DNA from: Escherichia coli
GTDB taxonomy: Bacteria; Pseudomonadota; Gammaproteobacteria; Enterobacterales; Enterobacteriaceae
Assembly: GCF_003334785.1 (NCBI RefSeq)
Contig: NZ_QOWV01000001.1
Length of the DNA: 64,000 nt
Reading direction: 5' to 3' (one strand)
Shown: positions 1 to 11,393 of the stretch, one piece after another
Position numbering within the stretch: position 1 is the stretch's first letter
How the letters are laid out: every line of letters begins with the position of its first letter
Made by a program: the position numbers and the translations under genes
The notes under the pieces: generated by a model
Told to the model about the DNA's origin: nothing
The model's input: only the letters and a program-made list of their open reading frames with translations
Database searches by the model: none

Positions 1-51
1 AAATTTGCCAACCTGGCTACATAATGCCGCGCATGTCGCGGCATTGTTTTC

Positions 52-540
52 ATGGAAGACGAAACGTTGGGATTTTTTAAGAAAACATCTTCATCTCATG
101 CTCGCCTGAATGTGCCTGCGCTGGTGCAGGTGGCGGCGCTCGCCATTATTATGATCCGTGGCCTCGACGTGCTGATGATTTTCAATACGCTGGGCGTGCG
201 CGGTATTGGCGAGTTCATTCATCGCAGCGTACAAACCTGGAGTTTAACGCTGGTCTTTTTAAGCAGTCTGGTGCTGGTTTTCATTGAGATCTGGTGTGCG
301 TTTTCACTGGTGAAAGGGCGTCGCTGGGCGCGCTGGCTATATCTGCTGACACAAATCACCGCCGCAAGTTACTTGTGGGCGGCTTCGCTGGGGTACGGTT
401 ATCCGGAGCTGTTCAGCATTCCCGGTGAATCAAAACGTGAAATCTTCCATAGCCTGATGCTGCAGAAGCTGCCGGATATGCTCATCCTGATGCTGCTGTT
501 CGTTCCCTCGACCAGTCGGCGGTTCTTCCAGTTGCAATAA
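52..540 (+). CDS. ybjO: inner membrane protein YbjO
   Basis: 162-aa ORF with hydrophobic membrane segments; position immediately upstream of rlmC as in E. coli K-12. Confidence 0.8.
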   Translation: MEDETLGFFKKTSSSHARLNVPALVQVAALAIIMIRGLDVLMIFNTLGVRGIGEFIHRSVQTWSLTLVFLSSLVLVFIEIWCAFSLVKGRRWARWLYLLTQITAASYLWAASLGYGYPELFSIPGESKREIFHSLMLQKLPDMLILMLLFVPSTSRRFFQLQ

Positions 541-580
541 TGTGTATAATCGTCGCCCCTGATGATGTGAAGGTCAATGT

Positions 581-1708
581 ATGCAGTGCGCACTTTACGA
601 CGCGGGTCGCTGTCGTTCCTGTCAGTGGATAATGCAGCCGATTCCAGAGCAACTCTCCGCTAAAACCGCCGATCTTAAAAATCTGCTCGCCGACTTTCCG
701 GTTGAGGAATGGTGCGCGCCGGTGTCAGGCCCGGAACAAGGGTTTCGTAATAAAGCCAAAATGGTGGTGAGTGGTAGCGTTGAAAAACCACTGCTCGGTA
801 TGCTGCATCGCGATGGCACACCAGAAGACCTTTGTGACTGCCCGCTTTATCCTGCCTCATTTGCGCCCGTTTTTGCGGCGCTAAAACCGTTTATCGCCCG
901 AGCGGGGTTAACGCCCTACAACGTGGCGCGTAAGCGTGGCGAACTGAAATACATTCTGCTGACTGAAAGCCAGAGTGATGGAGGCATGATGCTGCGCTTT
1001 GTACTGCGTTCTGATACCAAGCTGGCGCAACTGCGTAAGGCGCTGCCGTGGTTACACGAACAACTACCGCAGCTGAAAGTTATTACCGTCAATATTCAGC
1101 CGGTACATATGGCGATTATGGAAGGGGAGACGGAGATCTACCTGACCGAACAACAGGCACTGGCGGAGCGTTTTAATGACGTACCGCTGTGGATCCGTCC
1201 GCAAAGTTTCTTCCAGACTAATCCGGCGGTCGCCAGCCAGTTGTACGCCACCGCGCGCGACTGGGTACGACAGCTGCCGGTTAAACATATGTGGGATCTG
1301 TTCTGCGGTGTGGGGGGCTTTGGTTTACACTGCGCGACGCCTGACATGCAGTTAACCGGGATCGAAATTGCATCAGAGGCCATTGCCTGTGCAAAGCAGT
1401 CAGCCGCTGAACTGGGCTTAACGCGTTTGCAATTTCAGGCGCTGGACTCCACTCAGTTTGCCACCGCTCAGGGGGATGTGCCGGAGCTGGTGCTGGTTAA
1501 CCCGCCGCGCCGCGGCATTGGTAAACCGCTGTGTGATTATCTCTCAACGATGGCACCGCGTTTTATCATCTACTCCAGCTGTAACGCCCAAACTATGGCG
1601 AAAGATATCCGCGAACTGCCTGGGTTTCGTATTGAACGGGTGCAGCTTTTCGATATGTTCCCGCATACCGCGCACTATGAAGTGCTGACGCTGCTGGTGA
1701 AGCAATAA
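581..1708 (+). CDS. rlmC: 23S rRNA (uracil747-C5)-methyltransferase RlmC (RumB)
   Basis: 375-aa ORF; N-terminal Cys cluster (CRSCQW...CDCPLY) and SAM-methyltransferase glycine motif ([10 protein letters not shown]). Confidence 0.9.
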
Positions 1709-1730
1709 AAAAGCCGCATGTGCGGCTTCA
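1707..1730. terminator. GC hairpin (aagccgc-atgt-gcggctt) flanked by A-run/T-residues between rlmC and artJ
   Basis: inverted repeat read directly after rlmC stop; T-run is stronger on the minus strand (end of artJ transcript). Confidence 0.4.
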
Positions 1731-1757
1731 GATTGCTGACAAAGTGCGCGTTGTTTA

Positions 1758-1856
<99 letters not shown>

Positions 1857-1906
1857 AATTTTACCTTTGTCATCAGTCTCAAGCCGCGGTTGCGGCTTTC
1901 TGAATC

Positions 1907-2638
1907 TTACTGTGGGAACCACTGGTCACTGATTTTTTGATAAGTACCGTCAGCTTTAATTGCTGCCAGCGCGTTATTCAGTTTTTCCAGCAGGGCTTTG
2001 TTATCCGGACGTACAGCGATGCCCAGGCCGGTGCCAAAATATTGCGGATCGGTCACTTTCTCAGTAGCAACACCAAGTTGTGGATTGGTTTTCAGCCATT
2101 CGTTTACCACCGCTGTGTCACCAAATACCCCATCAATACGACCATTTTTCAGATCGATAAAGGCATTCTGATAACTGTCATAAGAGACAGTTTTCACTTC
2201 CGGGTGCTGATCCTGAATATATTTCTGGTGCGTAGTACCGTTTTCCATCCCAATACGTTTGCCTTTCAGATCGGCAAACGTTTTGTAGGTATCTTTTTTG
2301 GCAATCACGACGGCTGAGTTTTCATAGTAGGGCGTGGTAAACGATACCTGTTTGCTACGCTCCGGGGTGATATCCATACCGGAGATTACGGCGTCATATT
2401 TTCTGAATTTCAGGGACGGGATCAGGCTGTCGAACGCGTGATTAGTAAAAGTACATTCTGCCTGCATTTGTTTGCACAAGGCTTTTGCCAGATCGATATC
2501 AAAGCCGACAATCTCATTATTAGCACCTATAGATTCAAAGGGTGGATAGGTGGCTGAAACGCCAAAATTGATTTTCTCTGCGGCAGAAGCACCGAAAGTA
2601 AAGGAAGCAAGTAAAGCGGCAAGAACTAACTTTTTCAT
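1907..2638 (-). CDS. artJ: arginine ABC transporter periplasmic binding protein ArtJ
   Basis: 243 aa from MKKLVLAALL signal peptide; paralog of ArtI downstream; the track ORF extends 17 codons upstream of the likely start. Confidence 0.9.
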   Translation of the reverse strand: MKKLVLAALLASFTFGASAAEKINFGVSATYPPFESIGANNEIVGFDIDLAKALCKQMQAECTFTNHAFDSLIPSLKFRKYDAVISGMDITPERSKQVSFTTPYYENSAVVIAKKDTYKTFADLKGKRIGMENGTTHQKYIQDQHPEVKTVSYDSYQNAFIDLKNGRIDGVFGDTAVVNEWLKTNPQLGVATEKVTDPQYFGTGLGIAVRPDNKALLEKLNNALAAIKADGTYQKISDQWFPQ

Positions 2639-2707
2639 GATGGAACTCCCGTCTGTCAATCTTATGATTTTTGGCCGTGTCTGCGGCATGGGATAACAAT
2701 GCCATCA

Positions 2708-2725
2708 AGTGAATTTATATGCAAT
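2708..2725. promoter_or_regulatory. candidate ARG box (ArgR operator) in artJ promoter region
   Basis: aagTGAATttatATgCAat resembles the wnTGAATwwwwATTCAnw consensus; the art genes are known ArgR regulon members. Confidence 0.3.
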
Positions 2726-2753
2726 AAACATGATTAAATAATTTAAATGAAAT

Positions 2754-2786
2754 AAAAAAGACGGACAACTTAGTGGGTTGTCCGTC
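2754..2786 (-). terminator. rho-independent terminator downstream of artM (end of artPIQM transcript)
   Basis: gacggacaac-ttagtggg-ttgtccgtc stem-loop followed by a U-run on the minus strand. Confidence 0.6.
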
Positions 2787-2810
2787 TTCATTATAAGAAT
2801 TTATGCACTA

Positions 2811-2900
2811 TGTAGGCCGGATAAGGCGTCCCCGCCGCATCCGGCACAGGCACCGTGCTGATGTCTGATGCGACGCTGGCGCGTCTTATCAGACCTACAA
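2811..2900. repeat. REP/BIME palindromic elements
   Basis: tgtaggccggataaggcgtccccgccgcatccggca ... cgtcttatcagacctaca match the REP consensus. Confidence 0.8.
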
Positions 2901-2928
2901 AACCCCCCGGCGAATGTACGCAGCCACA

Positions 2929-3597
2929 TTAATTTCGCCGTTCGAATGCCAGCGCTTTGCGCTCGATCAGACGCATCATCAGCGTCAGCAGGCCGTTAAC
3001 GACCAGGTAAATAATCCCTGCCGCACCGAACACCATTACATCGTAGGTGCGTCCGTACAACAACTGGCTGTATCCCATCACTTCCATCAGCGTAATGGTG
3101 TATGCCAGAGAGGTACTTTTGAATACCAGCACCACTTCGTTGGAATAAGAAGAGAGCGAGCGTTTAAAGGCATACGGCAGCAGGATCGCCAGCGTATCTT
3201 TTTTGCTCATTCCCAGGGCGCTACAGGACTGCCACTGACCTTCCGGGATCGCACGAATTGCACCGTAAAACAGCTGCGTGGTATACGCCGCACTATTCAG
3301 CGACAACGCAATCAGCGCACATAACCACGGTTCTGACAACAAATGCCACAGTGCCGGATACTCCTGCAAAGTCGGAAACTGGCCCGGCCCGTAATAAATC
3401 AGGAAGATCTGCACCAGCAGCGGCGTACCGGTAAACAGCGTGATATAACCCCGCACCAGCCACACCAGCACCGGCGTTTTCAGCGTCAGGATGATGGTAA
3501 AAATCAATGCCAGAATCAGTGCCACAATCAGCGAGGCAACGGTTAGCGTCAGGCTGGTGTGTAGCCCTTTCATCAGTTCGGGTAAATACTCAAACAT
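2929..3597 (-). CDS. artM: arginine ABC transporter permease ArtM
   Basis: 222-aa polytopic membrane protein; start overlaps artQ stop by 1 bp. Confidence 0.95.
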   Translation of the reverse strand: MFEYLPELMKGLHTSLTLTVASLIVALILALIFTIILTLKTPVLVWLVRGYITLFTGTPLLVQIFLIYYGPGQFPTLQEYPALWHLLSEPWLCALIALSLNSAAYTTQLFYGAIRAIPEGQWQSCSALGMSKKDTLAILLPYAFKRSLSSYSNEVVLVFKSTSLAYTITLMEVMGYSQLLYGRTYDVMVFGAAGIIYLVVNGLLTLMMRLIERKALAFERRN

Positions 3598-4313
3598 TAG
3601 CTGGGCCTCCGCTCAAAACGTGTCGCGCGCAGGTCAATGCGTTTGAGAATGTACTGACTGAGCAGGGTGATCACCAGGTAAATCGCCGCCGCCACAATGT
3701 ACCAGGTAAATGGTTCCTGGGTACGAGTAGCGATGCTTTTTGTTTGCAGCATTAAATCATTCACACTAATCAAACTGACCAGCGCGGTATCTTTCAGCAG
3801 CACCAGCCACTGGTTACCGAGGCCAGGCAGCGCATGACGCCACATCTGCGGCATCACCAGACGGAAAAAGATAGCCGATTTCGACAGCCCCAGCGCCTGA
3901 CCAGACTCCCACTGACCCACCGGCACCGCTTTCAACGCGCCCCGAAGCGTTTGCGAGGCATAGGCGGCATACAGCAGTGACAGAGCGATGACACCACAAA
4001 GGAACGGGCTAACGTCGAAGTTCTCAATGTCCATCTGCACTGGGATCTGCACGAACCCAAGATTGATAGTGAAGCCATCCGAAAGCGTCAGCAGCAGCTG
4101 CGAGGAGCCAAAATAGATAAACAGCACCACCAGAATTTCTGGCAGGCCACGCAGAATGGTTACCAGCGCTGAACCTGCCCACGCGACAGGACGCCATTTT
4201 GCCGACTCCCATACCGCAAAGAACATCGCCAGCGCCAGCCCGACAATCAATGCACAAACGGCAAGGCCGACGGTCATCCCGGCGGCGCTTGCTAAAGGAA
4301 AAAATTCATTCAT
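3597..4313 (-). CDS. artQ: arginine ABC transporter permease ArtQ
   Basis: 238-aa polytopic membrane protein in the art operon. Confidence 0.95.
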
Positions 4314-4319
4314 CAGGAA

Positions 4320-5051
4320 TTACTTCTGGAACCATTTGTTGTAGATGGTTTCGTAAGTGCCATCTTTCTTCACTTTTTCCAGCGCAGTGTTGAGTTTCTG
4401 CTGCAGCTCAGTGTTGCCCTGACGTACCGCGATGCCGAGGCCAGTGCCGAAGTAATCTTTATCGGTCACTTTGTCGCCCACCGCCGCCAGTTTCGGGTTA
4501 TCTTTCAGCCACTCAGTGACCACTGCGGTGTCACCGAAGACGCCGTCGATACGCCCGTTTTGCAGATCCAGTTTTGCGTTCTGGTAGCTGTCATACGGAA
4601 CGGTAGTGATTTCCGGGTGCTTATCCATAATGAATTTCTGGTGTGTCGTCCCGTTCTGTACGCCGACTTTTTTGCCTTTCAGCTGATCAACACTGGTGTA
4701 TTTGCCTTGCTGACCCACAAACAGGGCAGAGTTGTCATAGTACGGGGTGGTAAACAGCACCTGCTTTTCACGCTCCGGAGTGATATCCATGCCCGCCATC
4801 ACGGCTTCTACGCGACGGAATTTCAGGCTTGGGATCAGGCTGTCAAACGCCTGGTTAGAGAAAGTGCAGGTTGCATCAATCTCTTTACACAGCGCTTGTG
4901 CCAGGTCGACGTCAAAACCAACGATCTGGTTGTTTGCATCAATCGATTCAAACGGAGGATAGGAGGCTTCGGTAGCAAAACGAATGGTTTCGGCAGCTGT
5001 GGCGGAAAGACTAAAACCTGCAATTAACGCGGCAATCAGAACTTTTTTCAT
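4320..5051 (-). CDS. artI: arginine ABC transporter periplasmic binding protein ArtI
   Basis: 243 aa with signal peptide; about 60 percent identical to ArtJ by eye. Confidence 0.95.
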   Translation of the reverse strand: MKKVLIAALIAGFSLSATAAETIRFATEASYPPFESIDANNQIVGFDVDLAQALCKEIDATCTFSNQAFDSLIPSLKFRRVEAVMAGMDITPEREKQVLFTTPYYDNSALFVGQQGKYTSVDQLKGKKVGVQNGTTHQKFIMDKHPEITTVPYDSYQNAKLDLQNGRIDGVFGDTAVVTEWLKDNPKLAAVGDKVTDKDYFGTGLGIAVRQGNTELQQKLNTALEKVKKDGTYETIYNKWFQK

Positions 5052-5068
5052 TGTTGTTATCCCGAATC

Positions 5069-5797
5069 TTAGTGAGAGAGATAGTTTTTAAATGCTTCGG
5101 TTTGCGGCTCGGTAAAGCAGCTCGCGTCGCCTTGTTCTACGATATGACCATTTTCCATATACACCACTCGGCTGGCGGTTTTACGCGCCACTTCAACTTC
5201 GTGGGTGACGATCACCTGGGTAATATTCGTTTCTGCCAGCTCACGAATGATGCTGACGATTTGTGCCGTAATTTCCGGGTCCAGTGCGGCGGTCGGTTCA
5301 TCGAACAGCAGTACCTGCGGTTCCATCATCAACGCACGGGCAATAGCAACACGCTGCTGCTGACCACCAGAAAGATGCAGCGGGTAACGATCGCTATAAG
5401 GTTTGAGACGCAGACGTTCCAGCAGTTTTTCTGCACGGGCCAGCGCCTGATCTTTACTCAACCCCAGTACACGGCAGGGCGCTTCAATCAGGTTTTGCTG
5501 CACGGTCAGATGCGGCCACAGGTTGTATTGCTGAAACACCATGCCAACGTTACGACGCAAATCGCGAATCGCTTTGTCAGAGGGTGTTTTGGTGAAATCG
5601 AAATGGTTGCCTGCAATGTTGAGCGTACCGGAGCGCGGCATCTCAAGCAGATTGAGTACACGCAGCAGCGAGCTTTTACCCGCGCCGCTGGGGCCAAGTA
5701 ACACCAGCGTTTCGCCCTGTGGGCAATCCAGCGTGATATCGAACAGCGCCTGATGCGCGCCGTAGAAGCAATTAATGCCGTTTAATTGAATACTCAT
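5069..5797 (-). CDS. artP: arginine ABC transporter ATP-binding protein ArtP
   Basis: 242 aa from [13 protein letters not shown]; Walker [13 protein letters not shown] signature [15 protein letters not shown]; the track ORF has a 33-codon upstream extension that I reject. Confidence 0.95.
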
Positions 5798-5852
5798 TGA
5801 CACTCGTATACTGGCAGTCTGATAGCTATTGAGGTCGAAGATAGTACCTTTG

Positions 5853-5870
5853 ACAGAATAATTATGCAAT
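5853..5870. promoter_or_regulatory. candidate ARG box upstream of artP
   Basis: acagaataattatgcaat is a partial match to the ArgR operator consensus about 60 bp upstream of the artP start. Confidence 0.25.
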
Positions 5871-6014
5871 ATTTCTGCTTTAAAAGTTAAAAGCAAAGCG
5901 CATTATTCAATAAACATAGCACAAAATAACGGGGGCGGTGGTCGGCGAGCATAAATGTCGGCATTCCTCACGAAATGCCGGACAATTTACGGGGTTTATT
6001 GGTTGATCAAGGCG

Positions 6015-6530
6015 TTAGCGATTCTCGATGGACTGACGGAGCGTACCCGCCGTGGCATGAACGCTACCGCCTAAGTAACGCACATCGTCGATGACCCAAC
6101 ACTGGCCTTCCTGAATCATTAACACTTCATCCTGCCAACCCTGGTCACCCTGTTTGAGATCCACGCGCAATGGAATGTTACGGGCATCACGATTAGGGAT
6201 AGTCGATGCACTGGCAACGTGGGCGCTATCTGGCAAGGTGGTTCGACTGGAGAATGGATCGTTGGTCAGTAGTTCCCGATGGTTATTATCCCGGGAGGCA
6301 TCGCTAAGCAGTGTCGCCAGTTTGTCGCTCAGATAAGGGCGCAAGGCGGTGATGTCGTTGCTGCGGTGCAAAATGCGGTAGTCATAAAATTGCTGGGCCA
6401 CGTTATCCGGGCCTCCTTCAACGCAAGGACCACTGCGTGTGCCGTTATCTTTATAAGCTGGAGTGACTGTGGTGCAGGCACTGAGGAGCAGTGCGCAGGG
6501 GATAAGCATTGTCAATTTGCTGTAGCGCAT
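6015..6530 (-). CDS. ybjP: lipoprotein YbjP
   Basis: 171 aa; signal peptide with lipobox LLSAC. Confidence 0.85.
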   Translation of the reverse strand: MRYSKLTMLIPCALLLSACTTVTPAYKDNGTRSGPCVEGGPDNVAQQFYDYRILHRSNDITALRPYLSDKLATLLSDASRDNNHRELLTNDPFSSRTTLPDSAHVASASTIPNRDARNIPLRVDLKQGDQGWQDEVLMIQEGQCWVIDDVRYLGGSVHATAGTLRQSIENR

Positions 6531-6655
6531 AATGATTTCCTTATAAGCGATCGCTCTGAAAGCGTTCTACGATAATAATGATATCCTTTCAATAATAGCG
6601 TATCAGTCTGATAATGCTTTTGAGATCGAAGGCTTAGCAAACAAGGAGATCGATC

Positions 6656-6979
6656 ATGCAATTTTCTACAACCCCAACTCTGGAAGGCCAGACCATCGTT
6701 GAATATTGCGGTGTGGTGACCGGCGAAGCGATTTTAGGTGCCAATATTTTCCGTGATTTCTTTGCCGGTATCCGCGATATCGTTGGCGGACGTTCCGGTG
6801 CGTATGAAAAAGAACTGCGTAAAGCACGGGAGATCGCCTTTGAGGAATTAGGCTCCCAGGCGCGGGCGCTGGGGGCCGATGCCGTCGTCGGTATTGATAT
6901 CGACTACGAAACGGTCGGGCAAAACGGCAGTATGCTGATGGTTAGCGTCAGCGGTACGGCGGTGAAAACGCGTCGATGA
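6656..6979 (+). CDS. ybjQ: UPF0145 family protein YbjQ
   Basis: 107-aa ORF; stop overlaps amiD start (ATGA). Confidence 0.85.
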
Positions 6980-7806
6980 GAAGATTCTTCTGGCTGGTCG
7001 CTGCCGCTCTGTTATTGGCAGGGTGTGCAGGCGAAAAAGGCATTGTCGAGAAAGAGGGATATCAGCTTGATACCCGACGCCAGGCGCAGGCGGCGTATCC
7101 GCGCATTAAAGTGCTGGTGATCCACTACACCGCAGATGATTTTGATAGCTCGCTGGCGACACTGACCGATAAGCAGGTCAGCTCGCATTATCTGGTCCCT
7201 GCGGTACCACCGCGATACAACGGTAAACCGCGCATCTGGCAACTGGTGCCGGAACAAGAACTGGCCTGGCATGCGGGGATTAGCGCCTGGCGCGGGGCAA
7301 CGCGCCTTAACGACACCTCTATTGGCATTGAGCTGGAAAACCGTGGCTGGCAAAAATCGGCCGGAGTGAAATATTTTGCCCCGTTTGAACCGGCACAGAT
7401 TCAGGCGCTTATTCCACTGGCGAAAGATATTATTGCCCGTTATCACATCAAGCCGGAAAACGTAGTGGCACATGCGGATATCGCACCGCAGCGCAAAGAC
7501 GATCCGGGGCCATTATTTCCCTGGCAGCAACTGGCGCAGCAGGGGATTGGTGCCTGGCCGGATGCGCAGCGGGTTAACTTTTACCTTGCCGGGCGCGCGC
7601 CGCACACACCGGTAGATACCGCGTCATTGCTGGAGCTTTTGGCGCGCTACGGTTATGACGTTAAACCTGATATGACACCGCGCGAGCAGCGGCGCGTGAT
7701 TATGGCATTCCAGATGCATTTCCGCCCGACGTTATATAACGGCGAAGCGGATGCAGAAACTCAGGCGATTGCCGAAGCATTGCTGGAGAAATACGGGCAG
7801 GATTAG
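6976..7806 (+). CDS. amiD: N-acetylmuramoyl-L-alanine amidase AmiD (lipoprotein)
   Basis: 276 aa; lipobox LLAGC; amidase_2/PGRP-like body. Confidence 0.9.
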
Positions 7807-8816
7807 CGCGGCAGTTTTCCGTGGTCGCGTAGCCAGGCGGCAGTTTTCTCGATACCTTCATCCAGGGTGATGACCGGCTGATAACCTAACTCTTCCTGCG
7901 CACGCGTAATATCCAGCGTAAAGTCAAAATTCAACTTGGAGACGCCGTAGTGGGTCAGCGGCGGCTCTTTTGCTGACTTGCGGCCTAAACGCTCCATGCT
8001 GCGGGCGATCATATCCAGCATCGGGTAGGGGACGGAACGAATACGACAGTCAATATTCAACTCGTCGATCAGCTTCTGCACGATGCTGCGCAGTGTGCGA
8101 TGCTCGCCGTTGGTGATGTTGTACACACGCCCGGAAGGTAGCTTATCGCAGGCTTCCTGGCTTGCCAGCCACATTGCGTGCACGGCATTTTCATAGTAGG
8201 TCATATCGACCAGCGCACTGCCGCCATGCGGTAACAGAATACTGCCGTAGTGGTGCATCATATGCGCCAGACGGGGAATAAAGACTTTATCGTGCGGTCC
8301 GAACAGACTTTGTGGGCGCAGAATAGTAAAGCGCGTTTGTGGATTCGCCTGCGAAAGCATATTGATCACTTCTTCGCTGGCTGCTTTGCTGCGGGCAAAC
8401 TCGTTGGCGAAGCGGTGAGGGCGAAAATCTTCTTTAATATCGCGATGGTGGTGATAATCGAAGTACAGGGAGGGGGAAGAGATATGAATAAAGTTACGCA
8501 CACCCCAGGCGACAGCCCATTCACCCAGGCGGCGAGTGGCGCGAACGTTAGCCAGATCGAAAGCCTGTTGTGTCCCCCAGGGTGAGGTAAAGCTGGAGCA
8601 GTGCCACAGCGTATCAATGCCCGCGAGCATCACTTTAGCTTGTGATGAAACCAGCTCGGTCAGATCCGCCGGAACAAACTCTGCGCCCATTTTTTCCAGC
8701 AATTTGCCCATTGCCTCGTTGCGACCGGTCGCTCGCACGCTGATGCCTTTCTGGCATAAAAACTCTACCGCGTTTCGACCTAAGCCGCTGGTGGCGCCGG
8801 TAACCAGTACCTTCAT
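7803..8816 (-). CDS. ybjS: NAD-dependent epimerase/dehydratase family protein YbjS
   Basis: 337 aa from [17 protein letters not shown] (Rossmann GxxGxxG); track ORF has a 21-codon upstream extension. Confidence 0.8.
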   Translation of the reverse strand: MKVLVTGATSGLGRNAVEFLCQKGISVRATGRNEAMGKLLEKMGAEFVPADLTELVSSQAKVMLAGIDTLWHCSSFTSPWGTQQAFDLANVRATRRLGEWAVAWGVRNFIHISSPSLYFDYHHHRDIKEDFRPHRFANEFARSKAASEEVINMLSQANPQTRFTILRPQSLFGPHDKVFIPRLAHMMHHYGSILLPHGGSALVDMTYYENAVHAMWLASQEACDKLPSGRVYNITNGEHRTLRSIVQKLIDELNIDCRIRSVPYPMLDMIARSMERLGRKSAKEPPLTHYGVSKLNFDFTLDITRAQEELGYQPVITLDEGIEKTAAWLRDHGKLPR

Positions 8817-8914
8817 ATCAATCCACTGTTGTTGAGAAAATAACGTGCGCATTCTTCCGTGATTTCCCCCATGATGCAATGGGAAACATGAAAGAATAAC
8901 GCAGGTTTTGTCGA

Positions 8915-10345
8915 TTAATCTGTGCTTTGTTCTGCCAGTCTGGCGATTTGTTTTGCCATTCCGCGAAAAATAAACAGATGCGCGGGGATCATCAATAACC
9001 AGTAAAACAGCCCCGGCATACCGTGCGGATGCCAGAAAGCGCGGACATCGATAGTACGATAGTCGCCTTTATCTTCCAGGCTAAAACACAGTCGTCCCAG
9101 CCCCGGCGCTTTCATGCCAAATAACAACGTAAGTTGTTTTTCCGGTTCAACGACAATCACTTTCCAGCTATCCACCGCATCGCCAGTCTGTAAATATTCG
9201 CGCTCCGGGCGGCCTTTCGCCAGCTTATGACCGATCGCGCGGTCCATCAACGCCCGTGTCTGCCACAAAATATTGCCAAAGAAATAACGCTCTTTACCGC
9301 CGATTTGGTTCACTACCTGCCATAAAGCAGCAAGGCTGGCGGACGTTTTAACGGTAAACCCCGCCTGTTTGGCAAAATAACCGTACTCCGGTCGCCAGCG
9401 GGCAAAGGCCTGAGCGTCGTAGCCCCAGTCGCTGGAGTTGACCAGTTTTTCCTCCTCTTTCAACGTGCTACGTACCGCGTCATCGAAAGCGATCAGCCGT
9501 TGTGGGATGAGTGCACGTAGCGCGGTATCATCCGCCAGCAGATCGTGTTTCAGCCCCTGAATCAACGCCCTGGCGGTGGTGGGCGGTACGGAAGTAATCA
9601 CATTGAGAAACCACACCGAAATCCAGCGGGTGGGGAGGGGGATGGGGATCAACCAGCGGCGCTTACCGCTCACCGCCATAAAATGTTCAAACTGTTGCTG
9701 ATAACTGAGCACCTCTGGTCCGGCGGCTTCGAAGATGCGGTGTTCGCTGGCCGGATGATCTAACAACGCAACCAGATAGTGCAGCAAGTTTTCCAGCGCA
9801 ATGGGCGTGGTGCGTGAACGAACCCAGCGCGGAGGCGTTAAGACTGGCAGGTTGTAGACCATATCGCGCATGACTTCGAACGCCGCGGAACCTGCGCCAA
9901 CGATAATTCCGGCCCGCAGTTCGGTCACGGGTACATTCGCTTCACGCAGAATGTCCGCCGTAGCCTGACGAGCACGCAGATGATCCGACTGCTCATGTGG
10001 CGGGGCCTGCAACGAACTAAGAAAGATTAATTGCTTAACTGGTACTTCACGTAGCGCATCGCGGACGTTGAGAGCCACCTGGCGCTCCTGAGCGATAAAA
10101 TCGCCGCCTTCGCCCATGCTGTGCACCAGAAAATAGACCGTATCGATATCCTGCAACAGGGCCGGTAGGTTATCCGGCCAGCTGAGATCGACTTTATGGC
10201 AACTGACGTTTGCCAGTTGCAGCTTTGCAAGCCTGTCGACATGACGTGCCGCCGCCAGGATCTGATGCCCTTGCTGGCTGAGTGTGCGCACCAGATGCTG
10301 ACCAATGTAGCCACTGGCACCGAGAACTAAAATGCGTTGCGGCAC
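8915..10345 (-). CDS. ybjT: NAD(P)-binding (atypical SDR) protein YbjT
   Basis: Rossmann motif [11 protein letters not shown] near N-terminus; GTG start inferred at 10343-10345 giving 476 aa and removing the overlap with ltaE. Confidence 0.8.
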
Positions 10346-10355
10346 GTCTCTCTCC

Positions 10356-11357
10356 TTAACGCGCCAGGAATGCACGCCAGTGGGCGGCGACTTCCGCCAG
10401 TTGTTCGCGCGAGACGTCAAGATGCGTCACCAGGCGGACAATCGGCGAGGCGTTAATCAGCACGTTTCTCGCTTTCATGTATTCGCCTAACGCGGCAGCA
10501 TTTTCTTCCCCGACGCGAACAAACAGCATATTGGTGTCCTGACGCATCACATCCGCGCCTGCTTCACGCAGCTGCTCCGCCATCCAGGCAGCGTTGTCGT
10601 GGTCTTCCTGCAAGCGCGCAACGTTATTTTTCAGGGCATATATCCCGGCGGCAGCCAGAATGCCGGACTGGCGCATCCCGCCACCTGTCATTTTCCGCCA
10701 GCGAATGGCACGTTTAATGTAATCACGATTACCGACGAGTAATGAACCGACTGGCGTCCCAAGACCTTTCGACAGGCAAATGGTGAACGAATCACAATAT
10801 TGCGTGATCTCTTTCAGTTCGCAGCCGTAAGCCACCACGGCATTAAAGATGCGCGCACCGTCAACATGCAGCGCCAGATTGCGCTCGCGGGTAAATTCCC
10901 ATGCTTCTTTCAGGTATTCCCGCGGCAACACTTTGCCGTTGTGGGTGTTTTCCAGACTGAGTAATTTGGTGCGGGCGAAATGGATATCGTCGGGTTTGAT
11001 TTTCATCGCCACTTTATCCAGCGGTAGCGTGCCGTCGGCAGCCGCGTCTATGGGTTGCGGTTGAATACTGCCCAGCACCGCCGCGCCACCGGCTTCAAAC
11101 AGATAGTTATGCGCGGCCTGACCGACAATATACTCTTCGCCGCGTTCGCAGTGACTGAGCAGAGCGACCAGGTTGGCCTGAGTGCCGGTAGGCAGAAAAA
11201 TGGCGGCTTCTTTACCGGAAAGCTCTGCTGCGTAGTCCTGCAGAGCATTAACGGTAGGGTCGTCTCCGTAAACGTCGTCCCCAACCGGGGCGGCCATCAT
11301 CGCTTCGAGCATGGCGCGGCTTGGTCGGGTAACGGTATCACTGCGTAAATCAATCAT
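10356..11357 (-). CDS. ltaE: low-specificity L-threonine aldolase LtaE
   Basis: 333-aa PLP-dependent aldolase fold. Confidence 0.9.
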   Translation of the reverse strand: MIDLRSDTVTRPSRAMLEAMMAAPVGDDVYGDDPTVNALQDYAAELSGKEAAIFLPTGTQANLVALLSHCERGEEYIVGQAAHNYLFEAGGAAVLGSIQPQPIDAAADGTLPLDKVAMKIKPDDIHFARTKLLSLENTHNGKVLPREYLKEAWEFTRERNLALHVDGARIFNAVVAYGCELKEITQYCDSFTICLSKGLGTPVGSLLVGNRDYIKRAIRWRKMTGGGMRQSGILAAAGIYALKNNVARLQEDHDNAAWMAEQLREAGADVMRQDTNMLFVRVGEENAAALGEYMKARNVLINASPIVRLVTHLDVSREQLAEVAAHWRAFLAR

Positions 11358-11393
11358 GGCATGTCCTTATTATGACGGGAAATGCCACCCTTT

